From positions 1-57,540 of the forward strand of contig JAQCEO010000005.1 of NCBI GenBank assembly GCA_027729805.1: 57,540 nucleotides of DNA, read 5' to 3'. Each line of letters starts with the position of its first letter. Position 1 is the stretch's first letter. Of the stretch, positions 24,084-36,496 are shown one piece after another. The notes beneath the pieces are model-generated. The model did no database searches. It was not told the DNA's origin and saw only the letters and a list, made by a program, of their open reading frames with translations. The translations under genes and the position numbers were made by a program. This stretch comes from Actinomycetota bacterium (GTDB lineage Bacteria > Actinomycetota > Actinomycetes > S36-B12).

Positions 24084-25144
24084 CAAGAATCCAAGCCTAA
24101 AGCCCGAGCCGCGGCCTTTACCTCAACAGGAACTACCACTGGATCCTTTGCATCGACAAGTGCCCAGTGCGGGTCCTTGAGTCCATTTCCGGTCAACGCG
24201 CAAACAACCGTCTGCCCCGCATCCAGTTGGCCCAGTGCGTGCAGCTTTAGCAGTCCGGCAACACTCGCCGCACTTGATGGCTCACAAAACAGGCCTTCGC
24301 TACCGGCAACTAGGTGATAGGCCGCCAAGATTTCATCATCAGTAACCATGTCAATCAAACCTAGTGAGTCATCTCGGGCTGCAACCGCGTAGTCCCAGGA
24401 AGCTGGATTGCCGATTCGAATCGCCGTTGCGATTGTCTCAGGGTTCGCAACCGGAGCGCCGTGCACTATTGGCGCTGCGCCAGCGGCTTGGAAGCCCCAC
24501 ATGCGCGGGCGCGATGGCACCACGCCATCCCGGTGATACTCGCAGTAACCACGCCAATAAGCGGTGATGTTGCCGGCATTGCCAACGGATAAGCAGTGGA
24601 TATCGGGAGCAAACCCCAACGCGTCGACAATTTCAAATGCCGCGGTCTTTTGGCCTTCGATTCGCGCCGGGTTAACACTATTAACAAGTTCAACCGGATA
24701 TTTGTCAGCTAGGTCACGCGCGATAGTCAGGCAATCATCGAAATTGCCGTCAACCTGCAGCAAGGTGGCCCCGTGCACTAGGGCTTGTGCAAGTTTGCCC
24801 ATGGCGATTTTGCCCCGCGGCACCAACACCGCACAAGCCATGCCGGCCTTGACCGCGTAGGCGGCCGCACTCGCCGAGGTGTTACCCGTCGAAGCGCAGA
24901 TAACCGCCCGCGCACCGGCCTCTGCAGCTTTCGAGATCGCCATTGTCATACCACGATCCTTAAAGGATCCGGTCGGGTTAGCGCCGTCGTATTTGAGCCA
25001 CACGGAGCAGCCGGTCATCTCACTCAAGGTGCAGGCGTACACCAGCGGGGTGCCGCCCTCTCCCAAAGTGACCACCGGAGTTGCTGCGTTTACGGGCAAT
25101 CGATCACGATATTCCTCGATTAACCCGCGCCACTGGTGCGCCAT
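24083..25144 (-). CDS. thrC: Threonine synthase
   Basis: [18 protein letters not shown]. Confidence 0.96.
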   Translation of the reverse strand: MAHQWRGLIEEYRDRLPVNAATPVVTLGEGGTPLVYACTLSEMTGCSVWLKYDGANPTGSFKDRGMTMAISKAAEAGARAVICASTGNTSASAAAYAVKAGMACAVLVPRGKIAMGKLAQALVHGATLLQVDGNFDDCLTIARDLADKYPVELVNSVNPARIEGQKTAAFEIVDALGFAPDIHCLSVGNAGNITAYWRGYCEYHRDGVVPSRPRMWGFQAAGAAPIVHGAPVANPETIATAIRIGNPASWDYAVAARDDSLGLIDMVTDDEILAAYHLVAGSEGLFCEPSSAASVAGLLKLHALGQLDAGQTVVCALTGNGLKDPHWALVDAKDPVVVPVEVKAAARALGLDS

Positions 25145-25146
25145 GA

Positions 25147-26439
25147 TTAAGCTCCAGCCTCACCTTCGACACGCATGACCCCAACAACGCGCTTGACAGC
25201 ATCCAGCTCGAGCAGTTGATTAACGGTCGCCCGCAATGAGGCATCACTTGCCAGATGTGTTCGCAACAGCAATCCGGCTTCTTCTCCGTGACCATCTTGA
25301 CGGACGACCTGAATACTCACGCCGTTATCTGCGAAGGTGGCAGCAATCGCCGCCAGCACACCTGGCCGATCGGCGACGTCAAGATTTACGTAGTATCGAG
25401 TCATGGCCGCACCTATTGGCAGCACCACTAGGTTCGAGTAAGTGCTATGCCTCGGGCCGCGGCCCCCAGTAACGCGATTACGCGCCGCGGTTACCACATC
25501 GCCGAGTACCGCACTCGCGGTCGGCACTCCCCCGGCACCTCTGCCGTAGAACATCATCTGGCCCGCCGATTTAGCTTCAATGAATACCGCGTTGAAGGCG
25601 CCGCGCACACTTGCCAACGGGTGATCACGCGGCACCATTGATGGGTGCACCCGCACGATCACGCCCTCGTTATCGCCTTTGATCTCAGCAACAGCAAGTA
25701 GCTTGATCACAAAACCCATTTGCTGTGCTGCACGGATGTCGGCGGCGGTGACTTTAGAAATCCCTTCGCAATAAACATCATCGAGAGTGACCTTAGTGTG
25801 AAAAGCCAACTCGGCAAGGATCGCTACTTTTGCAGCGGCGTCATGCCCGTCGACATCTAGTGACGGATCCGCTTCTAGGTAACCCAAAGCTTCGGCCTCT
25901 GCGAAAACGTCGTCGTAGTCCGCCCCTTCTTCATCCATCTTGCTAAGCATGAAGTTAGTGGTGCCGTTGACGATCCCCATCACTTTGATGACTTGGTCAC
26001 CGGCAAGTGACTCGCGCAGTGGACGCAGCAACGGGATAGCCCCTGCAACCGAAGCTTCAAAGTACAGATCGACGCCGAACTTAGCGGCGGCCTCATGCAA
26101 TGCGGCGCCGTCGGACGCGAGCAAGGCCTTATTGGCGGTCACCACACTTGATCCGGCGGCCATCGCTGCCAACATCAGCGATCGGGCTGGCTCGATACCG
26201 CCCATGACTTCAACAACAATGTCGGCGCCACTTGTCGCCACCGCCATCGCGTCACCGGTAATCAATGCCGCCGGCACCCCCGGGCGGGACTTAGTGGTGT
26301 CTTGCACCGCCACCGCTGTTAAGTGGATCGGGGCGCCCACGCGCTGCTCGAGGTCAGCGGCGCTGGCGTTAATCAGGTGGGCCACCTGGGCACCAACAGT
26401 GCCACCACCTAGGAGGGCAACGGTCAACGGGCGAATCAT
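25147..26439 (-). CDS. hom: Homoserine dehydrogenase with C-terminal ACT domain
   Basis: [36 protein letters not shown]. Confidence 0.96.
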   Translation of the reverse strand: MIRPLTVALLGGGTVGAQVAHLINASAADLEQRVGAPIHLTAVAVQDTTKSRPGVPAALITGDAMAVATSGADIVVEVMGGIEPARSLMLAAMAAGSSVVTANKALLASDGAALHEAAAKFGVDLYFEASVAGAIPLLRPLRESLAGDQVIKVMGIVNGTTNFMLSKMDEEGADYDDVFAEAEALGYLEADPSLDVDGHDAAAKVAILAELAFHTKVTLDDVYCEGISKVTAADIRAAQQMGFVIKLLAVAEIKGDNEGVIVRVHPSMVPRDHPLASVRGAFNAVFIEAKSAGQMMFYGRGAGGVPTASAVLGDVVTAARNRVTGGRGPRHSTYSNLVVLPIGAAMTRYYVNLDVADRPGVLAAIAATFADNGVSIQVVRQDGHGEEAGLLLRTHLASDASLRATVNQLLELDAVKRVVGVMRVEGEAGA

Positions 26440-26509
26440 GTACAAAGCCTCTCAGGTCCACCCAAAGTGTCTACCAACTGGGCGGGGCCGGGCTCAGAAC
26501 GCTAGTGGA

Positions 26510-27886
26510 TCAGGCCCCTGGGTCTAAGGACAGGAGATCTTCGGTGGTTTCGCGACGTAATACCACCGAGGTGGCACCGCCGCGCGCTGCGATAACCGCC
26601 GGCCGCGGCAGGTAGTTGTAGTTCGACGACATCGAGCGGCAATAGGCACCCGTGGCGGCTACGGCCAATAGATCACCGGGCACCACATCCGCAGGCAACC
26701 AGGTATCACGCACCACGATGTCGCCTGATTCACAGTGCTTGCCCACCACCCGCGCCAACATCGGCTCTACCATTGATATCCGTGAAGCAAGTACCACCGA
26801 GTACTGGGCGCCGTAAAGGGCCGTGCGAATGTTGTCGCTCATGCCGCCATCAACCGATATGTATGTGCGCACGAGCCCATCATCGAGTTCAATCGGCTTA
26901 ACGGTGCCGACTTCATAAATGGTTACCCCGGCCGGGCCGATGATCGCGCGGCCCGGCTCAAATGCCAACTCTGGTGTCGCGACACCGACCGATTCGCATT
27001 CGGTTCGCACGACGCTGCAGATCTGCCGTGCCATGTCCGCCGCATCAAGGGGGTCATCCCCATCGACATAGGCGATGCCCATGCCACCACCTAGATTTAG
27101 TTCTCGAACAGATACCCCTTGTTCATCACGCAGAGATCGCGCGAAGGAGGCAACTCGCGTAGCGGCTTCATTGAAGCCGGATGCGTCGAATATCTGTGAC
27201 CCAAGATGTGAGTGCAAGCCAGCAAATGACAGGGTCGGTAGCTTCGCGATCCGTCGGACCGCCTCCGCGGCATCGCCAGAAGCAACCGAAAGCCCGAATT
27301 TTTGATCTTCATGCGCGGTTGCGATGAATTCATGGGTATGGGCCTCGACCCCGACCGTCACTCGCACCAACACCTGCTGCACGATGCCGAAGTGGCCAGC
27401 AGCATCGGCAAGACGCACTATCTCGTCTAAGGAATCAACAACAATGCGCCCGACCCCAGCGGCCAGAGCTAGCTCGATTTCAGCGATCGACTTATTATTA
27501 CCGTGCAGCAAGATTCGGTGCCCCGGCACACCAGCCCGCAGCACGACCTCGAGCTCACCACCAGATGCCACGTCGATACCGAGTCCGGCTTCGGTGACCC
27601 ACTTAGCGACCGCCGTTGCTAAGAATGCCTTTGCCGCGTAATAGACCGTGGTGGCACCAGCTCTTTCATAAGCCTCACGAAATCCCTCGGCACGTGATCG
27701 CGCATCAATTTCATCAAATAGATATACCGGTGACTGATACTGCGCAACCAAATCTCGGCAATCCACTCCGCCGATCTCCAGGGCACCGGCGCCATTACGC
27801 ACAGCCGAGCTCGGCCAGATAGCGCGATCCAAGATGTCCTCGGGTTTTATTCTTTGCACAGGCGCAGGGTATTGGATACCGGTCAC
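26510..27886 (-). CDS. lysA: Diaminopimelate decarboxylase
   Basis: YAAKAF, HSHLGSQ, EPGR, GKHCESGD, TGAY. Confidence 0.96.
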   Translation of the reverse strand: MTGIQYPAPVQRIKPEDILDRAIWPSSAVRNGAGALEIGGVDCRDLVAQYQSPVYLFDEIDARSRAEGFREAYERAGATTVYYAAKAFLATAVAKWVTEAGLGIDVASGGELEVVLRAGVPGHRILLHGNNKSIAEIELALAAGVGRIVVDSLDEIVRLADAAGHFGIVQQVLVRVTVGVEAHTHEFIATAHEDQKFGLSVASGDAAEAVRRIAKLPTLSFAGLHSHLGSQIFDASGFNEAATRVASFARSLRDEQGVSVRELNLGGGMGIAYVDGDDPLDAADMARQICSVVRTECESVGVATPELAFEPGRAIIGPAGVTIYEVGTVKPIELDDGLVRTYISVDGGMSDNIRTALYGAQYSVVLASRISMVEPMLARVVGKHCESGDIVVRDTWLPADVVPGDLLAVAATGAYCRSMSSNYNYLPRPAVIAARGGATSVVLRRETTEDLLSLDPGA

Positions 27887-29538
27887 ATGCGATCAGGTGC
27901 GCTGACACCGAGCAGCTGCAGCCCATTGAAAATCGTTTGACGGGTAGCGGCACAGAGCCACAACCGGGGCACATGCTCCTGGGCCAACTCTTCATCACCG
28001 CGCGGCAAGACCCGGCAACTGTCGTAGAACCGGTGGTAGATGGCGGCCAACTCCTCCAGGTATCGAGCTACGCGATGGGGCTCCCGCAGCTCAGCGGCAC
28101 CGGCCACCACCCGCGGAAACTCCGCCAGGACACCAAGGAGTTCATTTTCCCGCTCGTGTGCAAGTAAGCCAGCGTCAAAGTGCAGGTTCCGCCAATCGAT
28201 GCCAAGTTCAGCCGCGTTCCGCAGCACCGATGCGATGCGGGCGTGCGCGTACTGCACGTAGAACACCGGGTTGTCGTTGGTGCGCAGTGTGATGACCTCA
28301 AGATCAAGGGTGAGCGGCGAATCAACGGGATAGCGAATAAGTGAGTAGCGCGCTGCGTCGACTCCTACTTCGTCAACTAGTTCCTCGAGGGTGACGATAT
28401 TGCCCGCGCGCTTGGACAGCTTTATCTCCGCACCCCCACGGGTGATCTTCACCAACTGTCCGATCAGTACTTCGACTTGATCAAGTTCATCGCCATTGCA
28501 AGCGGCGACCGCGCGCAGCCTGCTCACATAGCCATGGTGATCGGCACCGAGTAAGTAAATACAAAGATCAAAGTTGCGCTCGCGCTTATTGACGTAATAG
28601 GCAGTATCGGAGGCAAAGTAGGTGTATTCCCCGTCTGCCTTAACTAATACTCGGTCTTTGTCGTCGCCGAAGTCGGTGGTGCGTAACCAGATCGCGCCAT
28701 CAAGTTCATAGACATGGCCTTGCTCACGCAATCGTTCCAGGCCGTACTCGACCGCGTTCGACTCGTGCAGGGCCCGCTCGGATGCCCAACTATCGAAATG
28801 GGTTCTGAACTGCTCCAGCACTTGCTGCTGTTGTTTTAGTTGAAGTGCATAAGCGGCCTCGCGAAATGCCGTGAACTGCTCTGCTACCGGTAACTCCTTG
28901 ATACTCGGGCGCGCAATGACAATTGCAGAAGCAAGGTCGTGGATATAGGCCCCCTGATAACCATCCTCGGGGATCTCCTCGCGATGTGCGGCCGCCATGA
29001 CCGATGCGCCGAACTTATCCATCTGCACGCCCCGGTCATTGATATAGAACTCGGTCGAAACCTGCGCGCCGGCGGCGGTGAGTACCCGGGCGATGGCATC
29101 GCCAACCGCGGCCCATCTGGTGTGACCTAAATGCAGTGGGCCGGTTGGATTTGCCGAGATGAATTCGACGTTGATGTGCCGGCCCGTAAGGCCCTCGCCG
29201 GTGCCAAATGCCGCCCCCGCCTCGACAATGATTTGGGCGGTTTGCCCTAAGGCGGCACTATCAAGTCGGATATTGATAAAGCCCCGTCCGGCAATTTCAG
29301 CTGCCCCCACCCCGGGGATTTGAGCGATTTTGGGTGCCAAGGACTCGGCGATCGCCCAGGGCGACAACTGGGCCGACTTAGCCAGCGCCAACGCGATATT
29401 GGTCGCATAATCCCCATGATCACGCGATTTTGGGCGTTCCAGTTGCAACTCGGCTGGGATTTCCAGCGCTAATCCGGCCTCGGTTGCCCAAGCTACAACC
29501 ACCGCGCGCACGCTCACGGCCAGGTTCTGGGGATTCAC
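27883..29538 (-). CDS. argS: Arginine--tRNA ligase
   Basis: SANPTGPLHLGH, GADHHGY, KLSKRAG, YVQYAHAR. Confidence 0.97.
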   Translation of the reverse strand: MNPQNLAVSVRAVVVAWATEAGLALEIPAELQLERPKSRDHGDYATNIALALAKSAQLSPWAIAESLAPKIAQIPGVGAAEIAGRGFINIRLDSAALGQTAQIIVEAGAAFGTGEGLTGRHINVEFISANPTGPLHLGHTRWAAVGDAIARVLTAAGAQVSTEFYINDRGVQMDKFGASVMAAAHREEIPEDGYQGAYIHDLASAIVIARPSIKELPVAEQFTAFREAAYALQLKQQQQVLEQFRTHFDSWASERALHESNAVEYGLERLREQGHVYELDGAIWLRTTDFGDDKDRVLVKADGEYTYFASDTAYYVNKRERNFDLCIYLLGADHHGYVSRLRAVAACNGDELDQVEVLIGQLVKITRGGAEIKLSKRAGNIVTLEELVDEVGVDAARYSLIRYPVDSPLTLDLEVITLRTNDNPVFYVQYAHARIASVLRNAAELGIDWRNLHFDAGLLAHERENELLGVLAEFPRVVAGAAELREPHRVARYLEELAAIYHRFYDSCRVLPRGDEELAQEHVPRLWLCAATRQTIFNGLQLLGVSAPDRM

Positions 29539-29565
29539 TCCTCGAGCGTATCTATTCGATTTTGC

Positions 29566-29593
29566 TTGCCATGACTGGGCAGGGGGCTATGCT
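29566..29593 (+). promoter_or_regulatory. Putative sigma-A promoter of cold-shock gene
   Basis: TTGCCA-N16-TATGCT giving a ~155-nt 5'UTR. Confidence 0.5.
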
Positions 29594-29756
29594 CAGGCGA
29601 GGCAAGGCCAGATCAGCACCACCGTTCTAAAGTGCCCACTTAGGTGGGTGTCGGACTTCTGAGCACATGCACAGATGCCGGGACGAGGTTTGAACGGCTA
29701 GGCCACGCGACGGGCGACCGTCCGTCGCGACGTTCCGCGCAAGGAGAATGTGCACC

Positions 29757-29960
29757 ATGGCTCAAGGCACCGTTAAGTGGTTTAATGCTGAAAAAGGCTA
29801 CGGCTTTATCGCCCAGGCCGACGGCGGACCGGACGTTTTCGTCCACTACTCGTCAATCCAGTCGGACGGCTACCGTTCACTTGAAGAGAACCAGGCAGTG
29901 GAGTTCGAAATCGTTCAAGGCCCCAAAGGCCCACAGGCTGACAAAGTTACCGTTGGCTAA
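29757..29960 (+). CDS. cspA: Cold-shock protein
   Basis: [20 protein letters not shown]; AAGGAG RBS. Confidence 0.97.
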   Translation: MAQGTVKWFNAEKGYGFIAQADGGPDVFVHYSSIQSDGYRSLEENQAVEFEIVQGPKGPQADKVTVG

Positions 29961-29975
29961 TTGCTCCTGATTAAC

Positions 29976-30013
29976 GTGAAGGGCCTCGCCGGTTAGCGGG
30001 GCCCTTCACTTTT
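29976..30013 (+). terminator. Intrinsic terminator after csp
   Basis: GTGAAGGGCCTCGC / GCGGGGCCCTTCAC stem followed by TTTT. Confidence 0.9.
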
Positions 30014-30166
30014 GTCACTCCCTAATCCCCCGATTCGGTAGTGACACTTAGTGATGTACCTCAATTCCGCGCAAGTCAAACATCATTTTCGGCGAGTTTC
30101 GTAAGCAACTGGTCAGGGTTAGAAACACGCATTAACTCTTGTCACTTGCGCCACAGTCACTTCAAA

Positions 30167-31015
30167 TTATTTTGGGCTTGCTTTGCGCTGGCGCTGCGCC
30201 TCGATCTCCGCGCCAATTAGCAGGCCGAGGAAGCCCAGGTAGAACCAGAGCAATAAAACCACCACCCCGCCGAATACCACAATGGCCGACGCCAGGGTTG
30301 TCGAAAAATTCGCATAGACTCCCAGTCCGGCACTTACCACTAGCAGCCAAAGGGCGGTGAAGATTGGCCCAAGTCCCCGCCAAGGGATCGGCTTTGGATT
30401 ATTGGGTGCATGGTGCAGCACCCACCTAATCGCCAACCAGATCAATAGCGCACCAATTACCCAGTCCACCACCCCGATCCCGGAAAAGATGCGCACCTGA
30501 TCAAAGCCGAGCCAGGTTAGTACTCTGGGTAATACCGTCAAGGCCACACAAGCCCCGACCGCGACACTCATGCCGATCAAGGTGATCAAAGTAGCCATAA
30601 CCTGTCCGATGAATCCACGGCGTTTGGGCACTGTTTCGAATACCCCATCTAGCGCCAACCGCAGACCGTAAACGACTTTCGACGCGGCATAGAGGGCAAC
30701 AATCAGGCCCACCACCGAGGCAACGGTTACGCCACTAACCAATGCGTGCTCAGTAGCTGCAACTAAGGAATCGGTCAATGGCTTAAGGGCCTGCACTTGA
30801 ACAGGATCACCCCCCGCCAAGGAACTAATAGCTGCTCGCACCTGATCAGGGCCGAGTAAGAGTCCAGTTAAGGCACCAACCACGAGTGCCGCAGGGGCCA
30901 CCGCAAGTGCTAGGAAGTAGGCCAAGCCACCGGCGGCCAGTGAGTTCCGGTGCTCGGTGAACCGCGCGCCGAGATCCTTAAGGGAGTCGATGACCGCTAT
31001 TAGCCGTGGGTGCAC
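30167..31015 (-). CDS. YihY/BrkB-family membrane protein
   Basis: LAAGGLAYF, LLLWFYL...LIGAEI, 6 TM pattern. Confidence 0.85.
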   Translation of the reverse strand: MHPRLIAVIDSLKDLGARFTEHRNSLAAGGLAYFLALAVAPAALVVGALTGLLLGPDQVRAAISSLAGGDPVQVQALKPLTDSLVAATEHALVSGVTVASVVGLIVALYAASKVVYGLRLALDGVFETVPKRRGFIGQVMATLITLIGMSVAVGACVALTVLPRVLTWLGFDQVRIFSGIGVVDWVIGALLIWLAIRWVLHHAPNNPKPIPWRGLGPIFTALWLLVVSAGLGVYANFSTTLASAIVVFGGVVVLLLWFYLGFLGLLIGAEIEAQRQRKASPK

Positions 31016-31094
31016 CGGCCCATCGTTGCACCCCTGCCTTCCGTCAGCGAAAATTATTGCCGATTGATCGCGAATCCTCTGACTTGATGCTCAG

Positions 31095-32062
31095 GTGAGC
31101 CTAGGTGCCCTAACCACACTTGGCGATGGTTCACCTTCACTTCTGCGGTGGGCTTGGTTGTCAATCGCTGCAGCGATTGCGACTATCTCGCTCAAGTACT
31201 GGGCCTACCTACTGACCGGTTTGGTTGGTCTACTTTCTGACGCACTGGAATCCGTGGTCAATCTGGTGGCCGCGATCGTCGCGCTCATCGCCTTGATCAT
31301 CGCCGCTCGCCCCGCTGACCGGACCCACCATTACGGCCATGGCAAAGCGGAGTATTTCGCTGCCGGCATCGAAGTACTGATGATCTTCGTTGCCGCCATT
31401 GTCATCGTCTACTCCGCAATCGAGCGCCTGTTGAACCCGCAGCCACTTTCGGACCTCGGGATCGACTTACTCATCACGATGCTCGCGACCGCGATCAATG
31501 CCGCCATCGGCTCGCTGATCTTGCGGGTCGGACGCGCCCACCGCTCGCTCACCTTGATCGCAGATGGCCAGCACCTGCTGACCGACGTCTGGACGTCAAT
31601 TGGCGTCCTAATAGGCGTTGTCCTAGTTGCACTAAGCCGGTGGATACCGCTGGACTCAATTGTTGCGATCGCCGTCGGCCTAATTATTTTGTGGACCGGC
31701 TACGGGTTAATACGAAGTTCAGTGCATGGCCTGATGGACCGGGCTCTTAACTCCGAGGATGAGGAGCGGGTCGTGAACGAACTTGACTCATTTGTCGCCG
31801 AGTACCCAAATGGTGAATTGGCTTTCCACGCCCTTCAGACCCGCGAATCTGGTCAGCAACGATTTGTCTCCATGCACGTTCTCGTGCCCGTAACTGGACC
31901 ATTGCACGAGGACATGATCTGGTCGAACGGGTCGAAGTAGCAATCGCGATTGCACTACCCGGTGCCAATATCCAGACCAACCTAGAACCCAGCGAGGACC
32001 CAAGGTCCTATGACGATGCCGGCGAGGGCCACTCTGGGCTCGATACCCAGAACCTCTCCTGA
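31095..32062 (+). pseudogene. Cation diffusion facilitator (FieF-like), frameshifted
   Basis: LSDALES, HHYGHGKAEY, HLLTD; 1-nt deletion at ~31890 (CCC G TAAC); alternate frame continues NWTIARGHDLVERVEVAI...LEPSEDPRSYDD to TGA 32062. Confidence 0.8.
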
Positions 32063-32137
32063 TTTGTCCCGACGTACCCCACCAACCGCACGCACCGTAG
32101 CTGCGGCACAATGTGCCGTTGAGTGAAGTCAATCTGC

Positions 32138-32210
32138 GCCTCCGTAGCTCAGGGGATAGAGCGCCGGTTTCCGGTACCGACGGTCGCAGGTTCGAATCCT
32201 GCCGGGGGCA
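32138..32210 (+). tRNA. tRNA-Arg (anticodon CCG)
   Basis: Acceptor GCCTCCG/CGGGGGC, D arm GCTC..GAGC, anticodon loop TT-CCG-GT, T arm GCAGG-TTCGAAT-CCTGC; CCA not encoded; divergent from argS as usual. Confidence 0.95.
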
Positions 32211-32227
32211 CGTTAGGAGTTGAGCAC

Positions 32228-32551
32228 ATGCCTTATCTGCTGCTTCTGCCTGCCATCAGCAGCGAGGTAATCGGCACCTTGTCACTTAAGGCCAGCGATG
32301 GCTTCACTCGCCTTTGGCCCTCGGTAGTCGTGGTCGTTGGCTACGGTCTCGCCTTCACCTTGCTGGCCCAGACCCTAAAGAGCCTTGGGGTCGGGCCGAC
32401 ATACGCCACTTGGTCAGCACTTGGCACCGTTGGCGCCGCCCTTGGTGGCTGGTTAATTTTCGGCGAAAAAATGAGCCCCCTTTCTATTGGCGGAATGGGC
32501 ATCGTCATCGCCGGCATAGTGATCATGCAATGGGGCAGCGTCACCAGGTGA
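32228..32551 (+). CDS. SMR-family (QacE/EmrE-like) small multidrug transporter
   Basis: EVIGTLSLKASDGFT, YATWSALG, 4 TM; AGGAG RBS. Confidence 0.9.
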   Translation: MPYLLLLPAISSEVIGTLSLKASDGFTRLWPSVVVVVGYGLAFTLLAQTLKSLGVGPTYATWSALGTVGAALGGWLIFGEKMSPLSIGGMGIVIAGIVIMQWGSVTR

Positions 32552-33207
32552 GCAATTCCCGCACCACTACCCATTTTGCGACAGTAAGTACCGGCTATTA
32601 CCCGGTTGTGGTAGCAGTGTTCTGCGGGCTCCTGCTCATTTCAAATATCGGCGCCACCAAATTGATTGAGTTCGGGCCCATCATCACCGATGGCGGTGCC
32701 TTCTTGTTCCCGCTCGTCTACATCACCGGCGACGTCTTGAGCGAAGTTTATGGACTAAAAGCTGCCCGCCGAGCGATCTATCTCGGCTTCGCCCTTGCCG
32801 TACTTGCTGCACTAACTTTTTGGTTGGTTCAGATTTCACCACCGGCCAACGGATATGAAAATCAAGAGGCTTTTGAGGCGGTTTTGGGCTTCGTACCACG
32901 TATCGTGCTGGCAAGTATCTGCGGTTACCTAGTCGGTCAGCTACTAAATGCCTATGTCCTCGTCAAGATCAAGGAACGCACCCAAGAAAAAGCCCTCTGG
33001 CTGCGTCTAATCGGCTCAACGGCTGTTGGTGAGTTTGCAGACACCATCGTCTTTTGCACAATTGCGTTCTACGGGATCATCACCGGCGGCGAGTTCATTA
33101 ACTACTTGATTGTTGGGTATCTCTACAAGACCCTCCTGGAAGTAGTACTGCTGCCCATCACCTATCGGGTGATCACTGCCGTAAAGAAGCGCGAGCCCAG
33201 CTATTGA
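32548..33207 (+). CDS. yhhQ: Queuosine precursor transporter (YhhQ/COG1738)
   Basis: ISNIGATK, FPLVYITGDVLSEVYG, PRIVLAS, WLRLIGST; GTGA overlap with the SMR gene. Confidence 0.9.
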   Translation: MSNSRTTTHFATVSTGYYPVVVAVFCGLLLISNIGATKLIEFGPIITDGGAFLFPLVYITGDVLSEVYGLKAARRAIYLGFALAVLAALTFWLVQISPPANGYENQEAFEAVLGFVPRIVLASICGYLVGQLLNAYVLVKIKERTQEKALWLRLIGSTAVGEFADTIVFCTIAFYGIITGGEFINYLIVGYLYKTLLEVVLLPITYRVITAVKKREPSY

Positions 33208-33219
33208 TTTCGCACTGAC

Positions 33220-34464
<1,245 letters not shown>

Positions 34465-34488
34465 TCAGACGGGACCGAACGCGCACCA

Positions 34489-34986
34489 TCAACTTGGCGC
34501 TAGCACGTCAATGGCGGGGAAGAGTTGCTGAGCCGGCGCAATCCAGTTGGCCAGCGCAGCCGTAGCAACATCATTAACTTCAGCGCAGTCATCAATGAAT
34601 ATCTCTTTGATAACTTCTTCTCCTTGGGTTATCTCTAGTGACCGACTGGTGCCACCAACACAGCCCCCAGCAGGTTCTACGACCGTAACCGCAGCCAATT
34701 GTGCATAGCTTTGATCTAGTTTCGCCCAGGCGTCACTCACCTCGTCTCGCACCTCGTCAGCAAGGATGTCGCCGTAGCTATCCACAACTAACCGCGCCTG
34801 CCTTGCGGTTACCGTCAATTCGAAGCTGCGGTGATAGGCAGGCGGCACCGAAGAGTCGTTGAATTTGTACTGAACCGTCGCGTCAGCCGGTAACCCGCTG
34901 GCCACCGGGTCCGCTGGTGACTGGCAGCCGGTGGCAACCACCACCAGCACCAGAACCCCAAGCAGCACTTTGGCGATTCGCATCAC
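34489..34986 (-). CDS. Hypothetical lipoprotein
   Basis: Signal peptide with lipobox-like VATG-C; DSSVPPAYHRS motif. Confidence 0.75.
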   Translation of the reverse strand: MMRIAKVLLGVLVLVVVATGCQSPADPVASGLPADATVQYKFNDSSVPPAYHRSFELTVTARQARLVVDSYGDILADEVRDEVSDAWAKLDQSYAQLAAVTVVEPAGGCVGGTSRSLEITQGEEVIKEIFIDDCAEVNDVATAALANWIAPAQQLFPAIDVLAPS

Positions 34987-35045
34987 GCTATTTAATCACG
35001 GGCACCAATGAAAGTCGCTGTAATACCGAATGCAAGAATTCGCGC

Positions 35046-35234
35046 ATGGCTACCTCGCAGCACCCACCCGCCCCTGACCCAAATGACCCCAAGGAGCGGT
35101 TCCGCGCGGCCCTTGAGGCCAAGAACAAAAAGGGTGGGCACTTGGGTGCCAACCGCGATGCGGACAACGGCGGGATCAAGGATGAATCAAGTAAAGCCGG
35201 GGGTAGACGCGAGCACCGCCGCAAGAGCGGCTGA
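35046..35234 (+). CDS. Small basic DUF5302-like protein
   Basis: KERFRAALEAK...RREHRRKSG. Confidence 0.8.
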   Translation: MATSQHPPAPDPNDPKERFRAALEAKNKKGGHLGANRDADNGGIKDESSKAGGRREHRRKSG

Positions 35235-35248
35235 TACTTCGCGTCGAA

Positions 35249-36469
35249 TTAGATCGGGTTACGTAACCTGACAAAGTCGGGAGTCAGCTCACTGACACTG
35301 CGTGCACCAAGTAATGACATCGTCGTTCGGATCTCTTGCTGCAAAATATCAACCGCACGCTGCACCCCGGCTTGCCCGCCAGCCATTAATCCATAAAGGT
35401 ACGCTCGACCGATGAGCACCGCGTCGGCGCCAAGTGCTACCGCCGCTACCACATCGCCGCCCGACAGCACTCCACCGTCAATGAAAACCGAAATACTCTC
35501 ACCAACCGCCTCCTTAACCAGTGGGAGTTGCTCAAGTGGCACCGGGGCCATATCAAGCTGCCTCCCACCGTGATTCGAAAGCACAATGCCATCAACACCA
35601 AGTTCGGATAACAACTTCGCATCGGCAACCGATTGAACACCTTTAACCACCAGTTTTCCGGGCCAAGTCTCGCGGGCCCAAGTCACATCGGCCGGCGTCA
35701 CGGATGGGTCAAACACTTTGTTCATTAGGTCGGCGACCGTGCCCTCCGAACTCCTAAGCGTTGCGAACTCCAGCGGCTCGGTGGTCAGCACATTGAACCA
35801 CCAACTCGGGTACCGCGACATATTGGCCAACGTCGACAGCGAGAGTTTCGGGGGGACGGTTAAGCCGTTTCGAATATCACGGTTACGTATCCCAGCGACC
35901 GGGGCGTCAACTGTCAGCACCAACGTGTCATAGTCACCGGCCGCCGCGCGCTCGAGTAAACCTGCGCGCAAGCTTCGGTCGCGCATTAAGTAGAGCTGAA
36001 ACCAGCGTCGCACATTTGGCACCGCACTTGCCAAATCCTCAATGGAAGTCGTGCCCAGGGTTGAGAGGCAATACGGAATCCCAACTTTGGCGGCCACCGC
36101 TGCCACCGCTGGCTCACCGGCGTGGTGCATCATCCGAGTAAAACCCGTCGGCGCCAGGACAATTGGCAGGGCACTGCTGACACCGAGAATTTCAGTCTTG
36201 GTATCAAGATTTGCCACATCGCGCAGCACCCTTGGTTCGAACTCGATCCGGTTAAATACCTCGCGGGCCCGGTGCAGGGCTAATTCCGCACCCGCGGCGC
36301 CGTCGGTATAGTCGAAAACTGCGGCCGGTGTGTGCTGCTTGGCCAGCGCGCGCAGGTCCCAGATATTCGCGGCCCGCGCCAACGCCCGAGCGCGCCGGTT
36401 CTTGAATGGGTTCTCAGCGCCGATCAGCGGCTTTACCTCATGCCACCTCGGCAACCGGCGGGTGGCCAT
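35249..36469 (-). CDS. FMN-dependent alpha-hydroxy acid dehydrogenase (LldD-like)
   Basis: FDYTDGAA, LVVKG, SNHGGRQLD, DGG, GRAYLYG. Confidence 0.92.
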   Translation of the reverse strand: MATRRLPRWHEVKPLIGAENPFKNRRARALARAANIWDLRALAKQHTPAAVFDYTDGAAGAELALHRAREVFNRIEFEPRVLRDVANLDTKTEILGVSSALPIVLAPTGFTRMMHHAGEPAVAAVAAKVGIPYCLSTLGTTSIEDLASAVPNVRRWFQLYLMRDRSLRAGLLERAAAGDYDTLVLTVDAPVAGIRNRDIRNGLTVPPKLSLSTLANMSRYPSWWFNVLTTEPLEFATLRSSEGTVADLMNKVFDPSVTPADVTWARETWPGKLVVKGVQSVADAKLLSELGVDGIVLSNHGGRQLDMAPVPLEQLPLVKEAVGESISVFIDGGVLSGGDVVAAVALGADAVLIGRAYLYGLMAGGQAGVQRAVDILQQEIRTTMSLLGARSVSELTPDFVRLRNPI

Positions 36470-36496
36470 TTAGCCTCCTATCGTGCACCGTTGCGG

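Noticed and set aside
31885-31895. Programmed frameshift in the CDF gene
   Set aside because: No slippery heptamer or stimulatory structure; a simple deletion is more likely.
32123-32547. Extended N-termini of the SMR (32123) and yhhQ (32314) ORFs
   Set aside because: The first reads through the tRNA gene and the second overlaps SMR out of frame; real starts are 32228 and 32548.
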